Assembly: GCF_009834535.1 (NCBI RefSeq)
Contig: NC_045697.1
Location: 100,132,001 to 100,196,000, forward strand
Length of the DNA stretch: 64,000 bases
From: Camelus ferus
Taxonomy: Eukaryota
Direction of reading: 5' to 3'
This document shows positions 39,197 through 53,199 of the stretch, in pieces (positions within the stretch are counted from its first letter, which is position 1; every line of letters begins with the position of its first letter). Under the pieces are notes generated by a model. It ran no database searches and was not told the DNA's origin. It saw nothing but the letters and a program-made list of their open reading frames with translations. Both the position numbers and the translations under genes were made by a program.

Positions 39197-40610
39197 TTTT
39201 TTAAACATTTTTTATTGATTTATAATCATTTTACAATGTTGTGTCAAATTCCAGTGTTCAGCACAATTTTTCAGTCATACATGAACATATACACACTCAT
39301 TGTCACCTTTTTTTCTCTGTGAGCTACCATAAGATTTTGTGTATATTTCCCTGTGCTATACAGTATAATCTTGTTTATCTATTCTACAATTTTGAAATCC
39401 CAGTCTATCCCTTCCCACCCTCCACCCCCCTGGCAACCACAAGTCTGTATTCTGTGTCTATGAGTCTATTTCTGTCCTGTATTTACGCTGTTTTGTTTGT
39501 TTGTTTGTTTTTGTTTTTTAGATTCCACATATGAGCGATCTCATATGATATTTTTCTCTCTCTTTCTGGCTTACTTCACTTAGAATGACATATAGACCAA
39601 TGGAACAGAATAGAGAGCCCAGAAATGAACCCACAAACTTTTGGTCAACTAATCTTCAACAAAGGAGGCAAGAATATACAATGGAATAAAGACAGTCTCC
39701 TCAGCAAATGGTGTTGGGAAAACTGGAGAGCAGCATGTAAAACAATGAAGCTAGAATACTCCCTTACACCATATACAAAAATCAAAATGGATCAAAAACT
39801 TAAACATAAGACAAGATACAATAAACCTCCTAGAGGAAAACATAGGCAAAACATTATCTCACATACATCTCAAAAATTTTCTCCTAGAAGAAATAAAAGC
39901 AAGAATAAACAAATGGGACCTAATGAAACTTACAAGCTTCTGCACAGCAAAGGAAACCAGAAGTAAAACAAAAAGTTAACTTACGGAATGGGAAAAAATT
40001 TTTGCAAATGAAACCGACAAAGGCTTGATCTCCAGAATGTATAAGCAGCTCGTATGACTTAGTAAGAAAAAATAAACAACCCAATCCAAAAATGGGCAGA
40101 AGACCTAAACAAGCAATTCTCCAAGGAAGACATACAAATGATCAAAAGGCACATGAAAAAATGCTCAATATCACTAATTATCAGAGAAATGCAAATCAAA
40201 ACTACAATGATGTATCACCTCACACCAGTCAGAACGGCCGTCATTCAAAAATCCACAAATGACAAATGCTGGAGAGGTGTGGAGAAAGGGGAACCCTCCT
40301 ACACTGCTGGTGGGAATGCAGTTTGGTGCAGCCACTATGGAAAACAGTGTGGAGATTCCTCAAAAGACTAGGAATAGACTTACCGTATGACCCAGGAATC
40401 CCACTCCTGGGCTTGTATCCAGAAGGAACCCTACTTCAGGATGACACCTGCACCCCAATGTTCATAGCAGCACTATTTACAATAGCCAAAACATGGAAAC
40501 AGCCTAAATGTCCATCAACAGGTGACTGGATAAAGAAGAAGTGGTATATTTATACAATGGAATACTACTCAGCCATAAAAACCGACAACATAATGCCATT
40601 TGTAGCAACA
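39197..40610 (-). mobile_element. Young 5'-truncated, 5'-inverted L1 (about 1.4 kb)
   Basis: 39197-39590 is the antisense 3' end and 39591-40610 is sense ORF2 (ORFs 39625-39966, 40138-40371, 40266-40655). TSD caaaaa(c/t)tctaact at 39183-39196 and 40609-40622. Confidence 0.95.
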
Positions 40611-41851
40611 AAAATTCTAACTCTTGAGCATTTATCCTGTAATACTAACAACTAAATGTGTAAATTGAAGCACGAAATCACAATCTTTCTATCTTGTTGT
40701 TGTTTTTTTCCTAACCCACATGAAACACAAATCTTGAGGACTATTATTTATTACTTATTATTTATTTTATATATTACTTATATATTATTTATTACATATT
40801 ACTTTGGAGATGACAATAGTTGAAGCAAAGTATAGGTGAATGCTGATGGTCAGGCTGAGTCTAGAAAGACCCAGCCAGTCATAGGTTACCAAACAAAGAA
40901 ATTAAGAGCATTTCACTTCTCATTCAGAGAGCGCCTCACCAAAATCATTAGACATAGAACTGAATTCACTGACTAATTCGTATAGACAGTAGCCAAAAAA
41001 GAAAAAAAAAAAGTCAAGAACTAATGAAAGAAAAATGAAAAAGGATCTTTTTCTTTCTTTTGGATCTGTTCTTTAAACTTCTATTTGGATTTTCCAAATT
41101 ACAGCTAGATTATTCTAGACAGCACTCCTAATGCACGGCGATGTCAGCATTTATAAAAGTCATTAGCTTACACATGCCCACAGACTGCATCCTAAACAGT
41201 AAGGAGTCAAAGGCCTCTTCTGACACCATCACAGGCTTTCCATGTGCTGCCTTCACAGTCAATGCAGAGTGTGCATTGTTTGGAGCTAATTGTTTCCCTT
41301 GCTTATTCTAGATATAAACTTGTTTTCTCTTTTGTAAACAACTCTGAAGTGAAACAAAATGATAGCTTTCTTCACCACATTAACAAATTTTATTTGGGAA
41401 ATCATTTGCAAATATTAATTTCTGGAGCCTCAAAACCACTCTAAAAGATTACAGCTGTAAAACTTCATTTCCTCACTAAAAACACACCAGTCTGAATGTC
41501 AAGACTTCAACCTTCAAGAAGATTCTAACTAAAGCAAAAGATAGTTACATATTTGAGTTGCTAAGCAACCGATAAAGCATCTTTCCAAATCTGATGCTAA
41601 TAAATATATTCTAAGTGAAATTTAAGAACAATAATTTATCTGGGAATAATATTAAGTAAAGGATAAATTTAGAAAGCAAAGAAAAGCATGTTTGATTTTT
41701 TTCCCAGGTGTAATGATAAAATAATTATACCAAATGTGGAAAGCCTGGAATCATGCTAATATTCTCATCATCAGATAGTCCAAATCTTAGTGGGGTCAAT
41801 TTAAGAACTAAAATTCTTAAAATTCTTAAATAATGAAAAACATCTTCTGTA

Positions 41852-42095
41852 GAGAGAGGGAGGGGGAAGGGGCAAGATGGGGGGCAGATTAAAAGATACA
41901 AACTGCTATGTATAAAACAGATAAGGAACAAGGATATATTGTACAGCAAAAGGGAATATAGCCATTATTTTGTAATAACTTTAAATGGAGTATAATCTAT
42001 AAAAATAGGAAATCACTAAGCTTTATACCTCAAACTAATATAATATTATAAATCAACTATACTTCAATAAAAAATAAAATAAAATTTAAAAACAA
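41852..42095 (+). mobile_element. L1 3'UTR fragment
   Basis: ggatatattgtacagc...aaatcaactatacttcaataaaaa. Confidence 0.88.
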
Positions 42096-42521
42096 AGACC
42101 TAAGAAAGACATTCATTGGAGAAAAATTTATGAAAGTTAAAAACTGGAAACAAATGAAATGCTTAAAAACAGAAGAATGGATAAATCATTTGTGGACTAT
42201 CCACACCATGAAATATCAGCAGCAATAAAAATAAATGAACTACCGATTTTTTTCATCAAAAGATGAGTTTCACAAACAAAATGTGAATGGAGATAATGCT
42301 TTTTTTGGTAGTGGTTGTTACTTTTTCCAGCTTTACTGGGGTATAATTAACAAATAAAAATTGTGTATATTTTAAAAACACACAAAAAATGAAAAAAAGC
42401 AAAATGTCTTCTGAAAATACATACAATAGTGTAAACCTGGTTTGTCCCTAGGAGGAAGGGATTGTATTGATAATACCAAAAATTCTTCAAATTCTTAGAT
42501 TCTTTGCCAGAAAAGAATGTG

Positions 42522-42895
42522 CATAAAATAAATAAGCAACAAGGATACATTGTATAGCCCTGGGAAACATAGTCATTATTTTATAATAACTTGAAATGGA
42601 GTATCAGCTACGAAAATACTGAATTATTATGTTGTACACCTGAAACTGATGTGATATTGTAAATCGACTATGCTTGCCCATTCTAGAAATTACACTTGCT
42701 TTCCCTTTCGTAAACAATTGAGATGAAACAAAATGATAGCTTTCCTCACCACATTAACAACTTTTAACTGGAAAATCATTTGCAAATATTACTTCAATAA
42801 TATTCTTCAAAATACACAGTGCACAAAATACACAAAAATATACTTCAATTTAAAATAAATAAATAATATTACGTTCGCCTATTCTACTTAAGAAA
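42522..42895 (+). mobile_element. L1 3' end fragment containing an inserted copy of local DNA
   Basis: L1 motifs at 42522-42671 and again at tacttcaat, flanked by the direct repeat aagaatgtg. Confidence 0.8.
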
Positions 42896-43672
42896 GAAGA
42901 ATGTGTGGCAATGATTCCAACTTGAGTTCTCTTTATTTAAAATTTTAGTATACTTGTAAAAAAAATTTAGTATACTTGTGTGTATTTTTATGTACCTTTC
43001 TCTCAACCTTCAGAATTTCCATCTGAGTGCATAGGAATATTCAGACAAACTTGTTAGGGATAAGGAGGTAAAGGGTTAACCAGGGACTGGGAAGAGAAAA
43101 GGAAGATAAAGTAGGAGGTTGAGTGGGAGAGCTGTATCTCTGGGGCAGGCTTGGGAGATGAAAAGGAGGCTGCAGCCTGGCCAGCTGGCCTGGGCTTTGC
43201 ACTTGCAGCTGGTAGCAGGAGAGGGGCTCAAGGTCTGCTCAGGACCAGCCAAGGGAAGACTGCGGTGTGCGCCATCTTTCACTGAGTGAGGGAAGCTTTC
43301 CTGGACATGACAAGGTTCTCTGACCCTGTTCCTCCCTGGTGAAGAGGAGACACTCAGAAGCACCTGTTTCAAAGGGTGAGCTGGGTGTTAACAAGCCATC
43401 CTCCCTAACCCCTTTCCCAGGGGTAACTCTGGAAGCTGGTGCCAGTCCTACATGGAGAGGGGTCTGCTTCTTGTTGAGGAAAAGAGCTGGGATCTGGTAG
43501 GCAGTGTCCTCCCACACAGGAGTGGAGGGATGGCCTTTGGAGCAGAGCAGGTGACCAGGAAGAGTGGCATCAATCATCCTCCCCAGGACCCATGAGAGGT
43601 AGAAAGGATGGGGAGATGGTGCTGTCAGGAGTGATGCGTCTTCCCTACGGTTGTCAAAATCAGTCTTGGAGG

Positions 43673-44135
43673 TGTATTAGTTTCCCATTGCTGCTGTGAC
43701 AAATTATCACAAACTTAGTGGCTTAAAACAATCCTAATTTATTACCTTACAGTTCTAGAGATCAGAAGTTTGAAACGGGTGTCACTGGGCTAACATCAAG
43801 GCATCAGGAGGGCTGTGCTCCTCCTGGAGGCTCTAAGGGAGAACTTGTGTCCTTGGCTTTTCCAGCTTCTAGAGGCAGCTTGTATTCCTTGGCTTGTGGC
43901 CACATTGCCCCAAACTTTGTTTCTTTGTCACAGCTCCTCCTCTTTTCTCTGACCCTTGTTCTTTCTTCCCTTTTATAAGGATCCTTGTAATCACACTAGA
44001 TAATCCAGGATAATTTCCTTGTCTCAAGACCCTTAACTCAATCACATCTGCACAGGCCCTTCGACAACATATTCACAGGTTCTGGAGATTAGGATGCTGA
44101 CATCTTTGCAGGGGGACATTATCCTGCCTACCATA
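43673..44135 (-). mobile_element. MLT1 (MLT1C-like) solo LTR
   Basis: tgtattagtttcc...acaaacttagtggcttaaaacaa...ctgcctaccata. Confidence 0.9.
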
Positions 44136-46894
44136 CTGAAGGTGGCCATAGGACATATTTTTGGAGCAGGCCTCCCAGGGTCATGCAGCGGGAGGAAGAT
44201 CTTCCCTGATCATAGTGAAAGCCCCTGGTTATCCTAGGTATTTCTGTGGCCTGGTGAAACAAGCTTGTTTATGATTCCTCTAAGGTCTTCATCCTGCTTG
44301 AACAGACTGACTTCAGCCAGGTGGTGATTTCAAAAAATGTTAAAGACATCATTTTTCGGAGTTGAGAAAGATAGTTATTCCTTGTCTCCTCCCTGCCCCC
44401 TCCCCACCATTAGCTCCTACACCCTCCTCCCCAAACCCAAATCTGAGCACAGTGGAAGGCACTCAGCCATGAGCAAGAACTTGGGGAGAGAATTCGAAGA
44501 AGGCAGTGACACTCACTCATCATAAAATTCTGCCCAGGAAGGATCACAGGCCTGGTCCATTTTGGCATGAAAAGAGTTGCATGTGTAAGTGTTGTTGGCA
44601 TAACAGTGGTGACTTGCCTCTTAGGGCCTAAAAATAGCTGCCACTAGCATCTGAGAATGTAAAAGCTTTCTAAATAATTACCCACTCTGTCTCAGCTTCC
44701 TCTAGACCTTCGCAAGCCACGTGGATACACGCGTGCCTCCAGTCCCTCCAAGAGGAGGGTTTGTGGAAAGGATCAAAACAAGAACAGCAGATTAACCATG
44801 TTTGGAATGGAAATCCAAGGTCATGCATGCTCCAAACCAGCCCAGCCGAATCCGGAAAGCTTTTAAAGAGGGTAAAGTGTTGAAAGCTCTAGTCAGATTA
44901 CCATCTTCCTCTTCCCCCCAACTATGAGTTAGCAAGCTGTCTTGAAGGCAGAGGCCCAAATAATCCGACAGGAGAGGCTACTCTGGGACCTAGCTGATCT
45001 GTGTGCATATCAGACCAAGGGTGCAAGCTGGAGGTGGGAATAAAACTCATCACAAGGTTTCTTCATAATAAATACTGACCGGTATTGGTCAGGGGGCTGT
45101 TGCTCCACTGTGCATGTTCACGCGCGTAATCCATCGTCTTTTCAACCGGTCCTTGCAAACTCAAGCCAGAGGCTAATACTGAACAGTGAGTGACCTCACT
45201 GCATTGCTGGCCACACAACCAAAATCACATTTAAAAGGCATCCAGACCAAACTAAGGCCTGAGAGTGAGGAAATCCTGGCTCTGCAAAATATGAAAAAAG
45301 ACCGTGCATAGTCCCAGAAGATGGGAAGCTGAAAACTGAAGGCCAAAATGACCCATTCGCCAGGCTCGCTGGAGTCGAGAGCCAGGTGTGTTTCCACTCA
45401 AGGCTGTCACCCACCTGGGTTTCACCTGGACCATCTCGATGGATGTTCCTGTTCAATCAATCGACAGCTCTTTATTGAGTGCTCCGCTCTGCTAAATGTT
45501 AAGAGATAGTGTGAGACAGTGGAAAGGAAACGTGATTTGGAAGAGTTACCGGTTTAAAGTCCTGCCTTTACCACTTGATAGCTGCATGCCTTGAGCACTT
45601 AGCCTCACTGTGCCTCAATTTCTTCACCTCTATGATGAAATAATAATAACAATAAGTATATATTAATTATATGTTATAATTACACATTATTAATACTTTA
45701 TGTAAATGTGAGATTGCTATGGCTACTTGAAAACATTGATGAAAGAATAAAATGTGAATATAAGCATTCTTTTTTATCCTATGAAGTGTTATAAAAATTA
45801 TATTCTACTATTATAGAAGCAAGGTAAATTTTGGTTTCTCATTAAGGAATCTAGCTAGGGAAATGATATGCACACAAGAAATATTTCAAGAGAAAAACTG
45901 TATTTAGCAAAGTGTTAGAGAGTCCTGCCTGTAGGTGATTAGATTTCCTGATTCCAGGTACTGAATATTCAGCGAGTGGAATGAACAAAGAATACAAGTG
46001 AAAAAAAAAATTGGTCATCAGGGAAATCTTCGTGGAAGAGAAGAGTTGGAACTGGGGATAATGAGGCAGAGAGGACTCGGGAGAATATTCTAGAATATGA
46101 GACTTGTGAGCCGCGGCACAGAGACAGCACCAAGCAAATCTGCAGAGTTTCCCTTTTTTTCTGGAAACTCTGTCACATCTCAGAGCCACTTAAAACTCTC
46201 TTCTACAAACCATGATGGGAATAATATGGTCATCTTCACATGTGTGCACGTGCGTGAATACTATCTGTAAGATACTTACTGCAGCCCAGTTTGTATATTT
46301 GATAAAAATATAATTTAAAATCTAGAAATATAACCTAGGAGGTCATCAACAGGAGACTGGTTAGAAAATTGTGGTATATCCACAATGAAATATTTCAGAT
46401 TTTATGAAATGCAAAGTATATAAAATTATTAGCTCCATATGAACTGATGCTGAATAGCTGTCATAACTTACTCTTAAGTGAAAAAAGTAAAGTCTAGAAC
46501 TGTGAGTCCAATATGCTACCACTTGTGTAAAAGAAAGACTGTGTACAGATTGCTTGACAATGCACAGGCTGCCCGTGTAAATGTAAAGAAGTCACTAGCA
46601 ACAGATGAGGGGAGTGAGAGGCACATGCTTTTCACTACATACCCTTTGAATTCTGTGTCATACGATGCATTACCTACTCAAAAACGACTTTCAAAGTATG
46701 GTCCAGTGGCCCAGAGCTGTCAGAGACTTCAGATATATGTGTTCTCTGACTTCGATTTAGGGAGGCCAGATAAACAATGTTCCCTAAAGAGCTTCTAATT
46801 GAAGTTGCTTCCAGGTAGGTAACAATGCAAAATAAAGTCATCCAACACAGAGCCCAGGCCAGTTCCCTGCGGACTTTATTTAATGGTTGGGTAC

Positions 46895-47273
46895 TGTCAT
46901 GGACTAAACTGTGTCCCCCAGTTCATAGGTTAAGCCCTCACCCCCAGTGTGACTGTATTTGGAGACAGAGGTTTTAAGGAGGTAATCAAGGTTAACTGAG
47001 GTCATAGGGTGGGGCCCTGATCCTTCCTGCAGGACCACTGTCCTTACAAGAAGAGGAACAGACATCAGGGCGTTCTCTCTCTCTCCCCCCCACCATGAGA
47101 GGACATCACAGGAAGACAGCCATCTACAAGCCAGGGAGAGAAGTCTCACCAGAAACCAACCCTACTGGCACCTTGATCTTGGACTCCAGCTTCCAGATTT
47201 GTAAGAAAATAAAGTTTTCTTGTTTAAGCCACTTAGTCTGCGATAGTTTGATATGGCAGCCCTGGCTAAGACA
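46895..47273 (+). mobile_element. MLT1A-like solo LTR, full length
   Basis: TG...CA ends, perfect 5-bp TSD ggtac (46890-46894 and 47274-47278), and AATAAA near the 3' end. Confidence 0.92.
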
Positions 47274-48107
47274 GGTACCATCAGGGAATCCTGAGAAGAG
47301 GTCGCTCTCAAGCCTTTAGCCAGAAGTAAGCTGAGCTCCCGTGGAGGCTGCAATGCCCGGCCTGCAGAGGAGAACCGCCCCAACACCATAGATCATGTGG
47401 TGCTGCGCAAAACTGGAAGGATGTAGCCCTGGGTGCTGGTTCCTGGGCCGCCCCCTTGACAGTGACCTTCAACTATCAGTCCCTGCAGGATTTGTCTGTA
47501 GAATCTCTAAGTTCCTTCCAACTTGTGGGTTCCAGTATCTATGACACACAGACAGCAGAATAGGCCGCTGCCAAGAGTCAAGCTCGCTTCCAAAAATAGT
47601 GCAGCTTCATATTTGTGAAAGATAAATAGCAGCCTGTAACCTAGGAGTTCGCACCAGGCAGGGCAGATCTACTTTAGATGGTAAAGCCGCCGGCTGCTGC
47701 TGCTGCTGCTGCAGACACGGGATCCTCCTCCCTCTCTCTGAGTCTTGCTGGCATCTTCAGGGCGGGGAAGGCAGAATATGGCCTCCTCTGAGAATTCACT
47801 ACTCTGAAAAGCCACCTGTCAGAAACCCTGACATACCAGAAAAGGGCAGTGAAGAGGTCATTCCAACTCACAAACAGGCAAAACTCTGACAAATCCTATT
47901 GTGATCAAAGCGAGAGAGGGTGTTAAGTAAAACTCACATGCTCAGATATCTCTCGGACCAAATAAGGAATTGGCTCTGTTGATGGGTTGATCCCACACTT
48001 GAAAGAGAAAGACCTGGGAATACCCTCATGGTTGAAACACACATCAGAGTGAAATAGTAATATTGGAAAGTTTCACTGAAGTGTTGATACCTTTTTTTCA
48101 GCTTAAG

Positions 48108-48218
48108 ATGTTTTTTGTTTGTTTTGTTTTTTAAACGAACGTACTGGGAATTGAACCCAGGACCTCGTGAATGCTAAGCATGTGCTCTACCACTGAGCTA
48201 TACCCACCCCTCCACCCC
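48108..48218 (-). mobile_element. tRNA-Ala-derived SINE (Vic-1-like)
   Basis: Reverse-complement match to the 30591 SINE head, with perfect TSD ttcagcttaag at 48097-48107 and 48219-48229. Confidence 0.9.
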
Positions 48219-51200
48219 TTCAGCTTAAGGTTTTAATTCTTATTTTAAAGGGAATACACGATAAAGCAACGCCTAGGAAAGGATTTCCTATGGTCCGGGC
48301 ATGGAATAACTTCTTTCATGACAATGAGGTTAGGGGATTGGTGACATTGTTTGTTACACTCAGATACATGGTTTCAGGAGAAAATAAAATTTAGGGCTGT
48401 GGGCAGCAATGTCAAATTACTGAACTCATCCTGAATTTTGGACAAAACATATTTCCATTGTATTCATTCTTGGCAAAGCTGAAGAAAAAAGTTTTATCAG
48501 ATCAAGAGTTGAAATGGACTTGCAAACCGATTTTGGAAGGCACACTAACCTCTTCAAGGAAATCAGTGTAGAGAAATTCTGCCTCCAAATCTCTCCTAGT
48601 AGATAGTTCCAAACACGTATGTCAAAATTTTATCCACTTAAGTAGTTCAAAAGCAAGAATGCTAAGCAATTTAAGCACAAATTTCATAAATACATTCTTA
48701 ATTCCTCAGATCAGTATGTATAAGGAAGAGCCCTGCTTATAGTTTTTAATCCTGGAAAATCCTTAGAACTCTGAATGCAAGCGTGGTTTACCGCTTGAAT
48801 TGTGACTACATACTAAGTAGGTAAGACATATTGGCTTACTAACAAGTATATTCAATTTTCAGCAGCATCAAATTGCCATGCAGGTGGTAGACTAACAACT
48901 CAGAATATTACAAGTAAATGCAATTAAATTTTCATGCACAAACCCAAGGGTGTTCAAAGTATATCAACTTTAAGACAAATGCAGCTGCCTGTAAGGATTC
49001 AAAATTTTTGACTTTGTTCTTGCCACACACTTAGGTCAAGACAAAGGCAACCGAATTTGTTAAGAATGTGCCTTGCCACAACCCAAATGAGGTGTTGCCT
49101 GAAATGTTATATTTCAAACATGGATTTTGTTTGGGAAGCTTCATAAATGTTAACCCCTCGAGACAGTCATCCTTCTTCAAAAGTTATTTCAACTTGCTAC
49201 AATCACAAATGGCACTGAATATAAATAAGTGTAACAGTATGGAAACTTCTCAGTTGAGTTTTTCAAGTCTTATGTCATAATAACTACCAGAATGACTCAT
49301 TCAGTACTAATTTATCTGTGGCCTTTTGAAAACTGCTACATGGAAAAGGAATTAAATAAATTAGCCTGACTTTACTTATAATTGAATAATTAAGTTGGGA
49401 AAATGTTTGAGATGCACAGATTTAAGATACAGGCCAGAAAATTTCACCTATCTACATTGTATCAGGTTTATGAAAAACTTTCAGGAGATTACGTTGCCAC
49501 TATACCTATGGTTGTAGAAATGTAACTTCTCTTTAAACGTTTAATCGGAAATCCTTCAAAATGAATTGAATTCTGTGTTATTCCACCAAAGCCTCTCTCT
49601 CGGAGTATCCTCCTCTGACTCTTCTCTATAGATACTGTTTTATTTAAACTTCCCTCTTTCACCATCTTTTATCTTTCTCATATTTCCCCAGTTCCTCTCA
49701 TTCTTGTAATAGTTCCTCTTCATTTCGCTTCACTACTTCTTTCTCTCCTGTCTTTTTAGTTTCAGTGATTATTCAGTAGAGATCTGTATTTTCTATTCAT
49801 TGTAAAAGATGAAATAGTTTATATAATCTCCTAGGAGGATCAAAAATAAAACCAAATTTCATGATGGTTTTTGTTTGTCTGTTTTCTTTTTATGTTTCAT
49901 TAATTTGTTTTCTTTACAGAACATATTTTCTTACCTTTGATTTAAAACAATATCCAAAATAACTGAGTAAGTTTTTATATTAAATGTAGGCAAGAGTAAA
50001 TACATTTAATGAAGGAGAGTTACAGGAATTAGAGTATTCTTTTTTTTATTGGAAAAAACTTTCTTTAAAAATCAGGATGTTTCAAAGGCAAGTAAGATGT
50101 TTAAAAGTCCGAAATTCTAAAGACAGTGTCAGTAACTGAAGTCCATTTAAATTCTGTTAAATGATTTATACGTGCTTATTGTCAGAAAGAATTTTAAGCA
50201 GTTTACAATAAAAACACTTTATTTAAATTCACTCACTTCAACTTTTGCTTCATATAAATAAATAACACTTGTGAAACAGTGGATCTGGTGCGGTTGATAT
50301 GTGCATGTATATATCTCTATACTGATCCACACATCACCTGAAATCATTTCACGGTGTAAGTTCCTACTTTGGTTTGTGGATTATCTCAGGTCTGCTTAGA
50401 GACAGCAAATAATTTTATTACAGATTATTAGACACTAAGCAGCAGTAATTGAAGAGTTACAATTCTGTATTAGAAATGCTTTTCACCAGGGTGTTTCTTG
50501 AACTTTTTTAATTGTCAAAGTCACATGCACAACACAGTCTTTATTGTTTTTGATTAAGCTCATACCAGGCAGGGCAGGTGATCTGACCCCTATCTTCATT
50601 TTATCAACAGCCTCTCATTCTAAGAACAGACCTATGATGTCAGCCCTTTATCCAACTCCCTCCTCCACCTCCTTCCTCTGCTCACTATCTTAAACCACGC
50701 CACACTGAATGATTAAGAGCCTGGGTCAAAATGATGTGGTTACATAAATACCCACTATTTCTGTCTTAGGGAAATGCTTCCCCTGGGAGTTACTCAATAT
50801 GTTTCTCAGCTCAGAGAACGCCTCTCCTCTCTGGGCTTGCGTTGAAAATAATACCGCTTAGCTTAATCCTACTGACAAATTGCTAACCCTTTTAAGGAGG
50901 ACTATTGCATGCGCCAAGTGACGACTAAGATTCGAACAGGGCAAGCGGCTTATAGCCAGGCCAGATGTGGTGCAGAGGTAAAGAGCAGCAGAGGGAAGGC
51001 AGGGCAAAGAGACCCGGGTCCCTGGTCCAGCTTCAGCTCTGCCACCCTGGGCAACTCTCCTTCCCCACCAAGCCACCCTTTTCTCCGTGAAGAAGTCAGC
51101 TTTAATCACTTTCAAGGTCTCTTCCAGTTGTGATAATGAAGCTCTTCAGGGAGCTGTGTCTACATTCCAAAAGGGAAAGAATATCACGTGCAGTACTTAC

Positions 51201-53199
51201 TCCCCACTGAATACTAATGCCCACGACACTGCCGGACACTTCGCAGGCGCTCAACAGCTCTCCGCCCCCACGGCCACTCTAAAGCAATGGCCGTGAATTT
51301 AGAAGACTCAGATTCTCTTTGTACCCTGGTAGAGATCTATCTCTTGAGTAGACACAAAATGACTTATTACTTACTGGGCCAAGTATGAGAGGTAAAAAGA
51401 AGCAATTAGGAAAGGACTGAATTTGGAGAAGAGAAAGGACCATGAGAATATTTTTAGGGAGTAAGCGTACCATATAAAATGGTACTACAGTGGGTGCTGG
51501 CGTTCAGGATTCATCCACACTGTAGAGAATGCATGTACCATATGTCATGAAACTCTGGAGAGGGACCCAGGCGGTGTGCACCTCCCCCCCAACACACACA
51601 CATTGGTGTTAAACTGAACTGCAACCTCTGTGAAGTACCAGGACAAACTGTTCACTGAAGTCTGTTGAGGAGACTGATGGCACAGGGAGCCGGAGGAAGG
51701 CCTGTCCTCTCTCATTCTCTCACCTTCCCCACTGCCTTTTTCTACTTCAATAACGTTTGCCACGTTCCAGTCTCCTCCATCCATGCAATCCCTGACGGTC
51801 ACGCACACCCTGCCTGTTTTCACCACGACCCCTGAAATCCAAGTGAAGGGGAGGCAGGTCACAGGGGCACCTGCTGATCACGTAGGGAAGCGAGAGGCCG
51901 TGCAAGGACTGGATTTTCCTCCCTTCTGCAGGGAGGGGAGTGCCCATGAGGACGCCAGGTGATGGAAGGAAAGGGGCAGTTCCACCACTAGAGCCTCGGG
52001 GAGAAGGGGAGCAGCCCTGCAAGCTTCTCTGTGCCGTCATGTGGCCCCCACAGCTCAGGAGTTTCGCCCCACTTTTGCCCAGCACTCTATTTCTCTTCTG
52101 TTTCCCTTCCAGGTCTTTCCTCACTGTCACCTGTCCTCCTCCCCTGCCCTGCTCTGAGTAAGCCCCCAACTTAGGCCATCAGAATACCACTAGTTGCTTA
52201 AATCTCAGAATAGCCTGCGGATAGGGGAAGCCCACCAAGGCCAAGGGCAGAGAGCGGTTCTTCAAGCCAGTGGAAGGAGCGGGGCTGTGCACCAGAAACC
52301 AATTAGGGTTCTGAATTCAGTTTCTCAAAGACACGTTATGCCTGCAGTGGTTCAGTACTGTTTTCAGTGCATTCATTCACCAGCATCAGTGAATATCTAT
52401 GGGCATTCACACAGTGCCATGCTTGGCTCCAGGGCCATAACAATGCAGAATGACAGCAAAAAAATACACTTTTGTAGGGCTTAAAGTTCAGTACAAGAAA
52501 ACTATATTCATTTTTAAAAATCTCCAACCATAAATGTACAGCTCCGAGTGAAATAATTTTCAAGAAGAAAAGAAATGAGATTCTCTGGGAATGTTCTACA
52601 AGGAAGCCTGACAGAGAGGTAGGAGTCGGGACGCGCTTTCTGGAGGACTGGCACTAACGCTGAGCTCTGAATAATGAGGAGAAGATTTCTCAGCACAGGT
52701 GGGGGTGGCAGAAGAAAAATGAGGAGGCAGGAAATTATAACCCCCTTGAAGTTTAAAGTCAAGTCTATAATTTTCTCCACTATTTCCTTCAGATATGGCT
52801 AATAGAATTATATCTGAAAAGTTTCTAGAAGACAGTTGTTAATGAGAATACTCATAAGATAAGAGGTTAAAGGTGAGTAAAGAGACAGGACTCTTATTAG
52901 TGACTCTTGTGTCATCAATTCTGTCTAGTAATCACCTTTTTTCTTTTATATTTTATAATTACATAATTGTCCTTGCTGGATTTTGTTTTCTTTAGGAAGC
53001 TGCCTTTATATGGACTTCAAAAGTGTTTGCCTTTGTGATATAACCATTAATCCTGGTTGTCATGAGAAATTGCTCTCTAAATAGTATTCAACAGAAGAGC
53101 TTCAAAACTCTGCTCTCTACTCTTCTTCCCTCCTGAATGAATAGATAAATCAGTGACTACAGCAGATGACTTCCTTCTTTAAAAAAAATAAAACCTCCA

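Noticed and set aside
39625..40655. ORFs with reverse-transcriptase-element character
   Set aside because: Frameshifted fragments of L1 ORF2 in a truncated copy, not an intact or domesticated gene.
47674..47892. ORF with a poly-Ala run
   Set aside because: Caused by a short (CTG)n tract at about 47694-47712.
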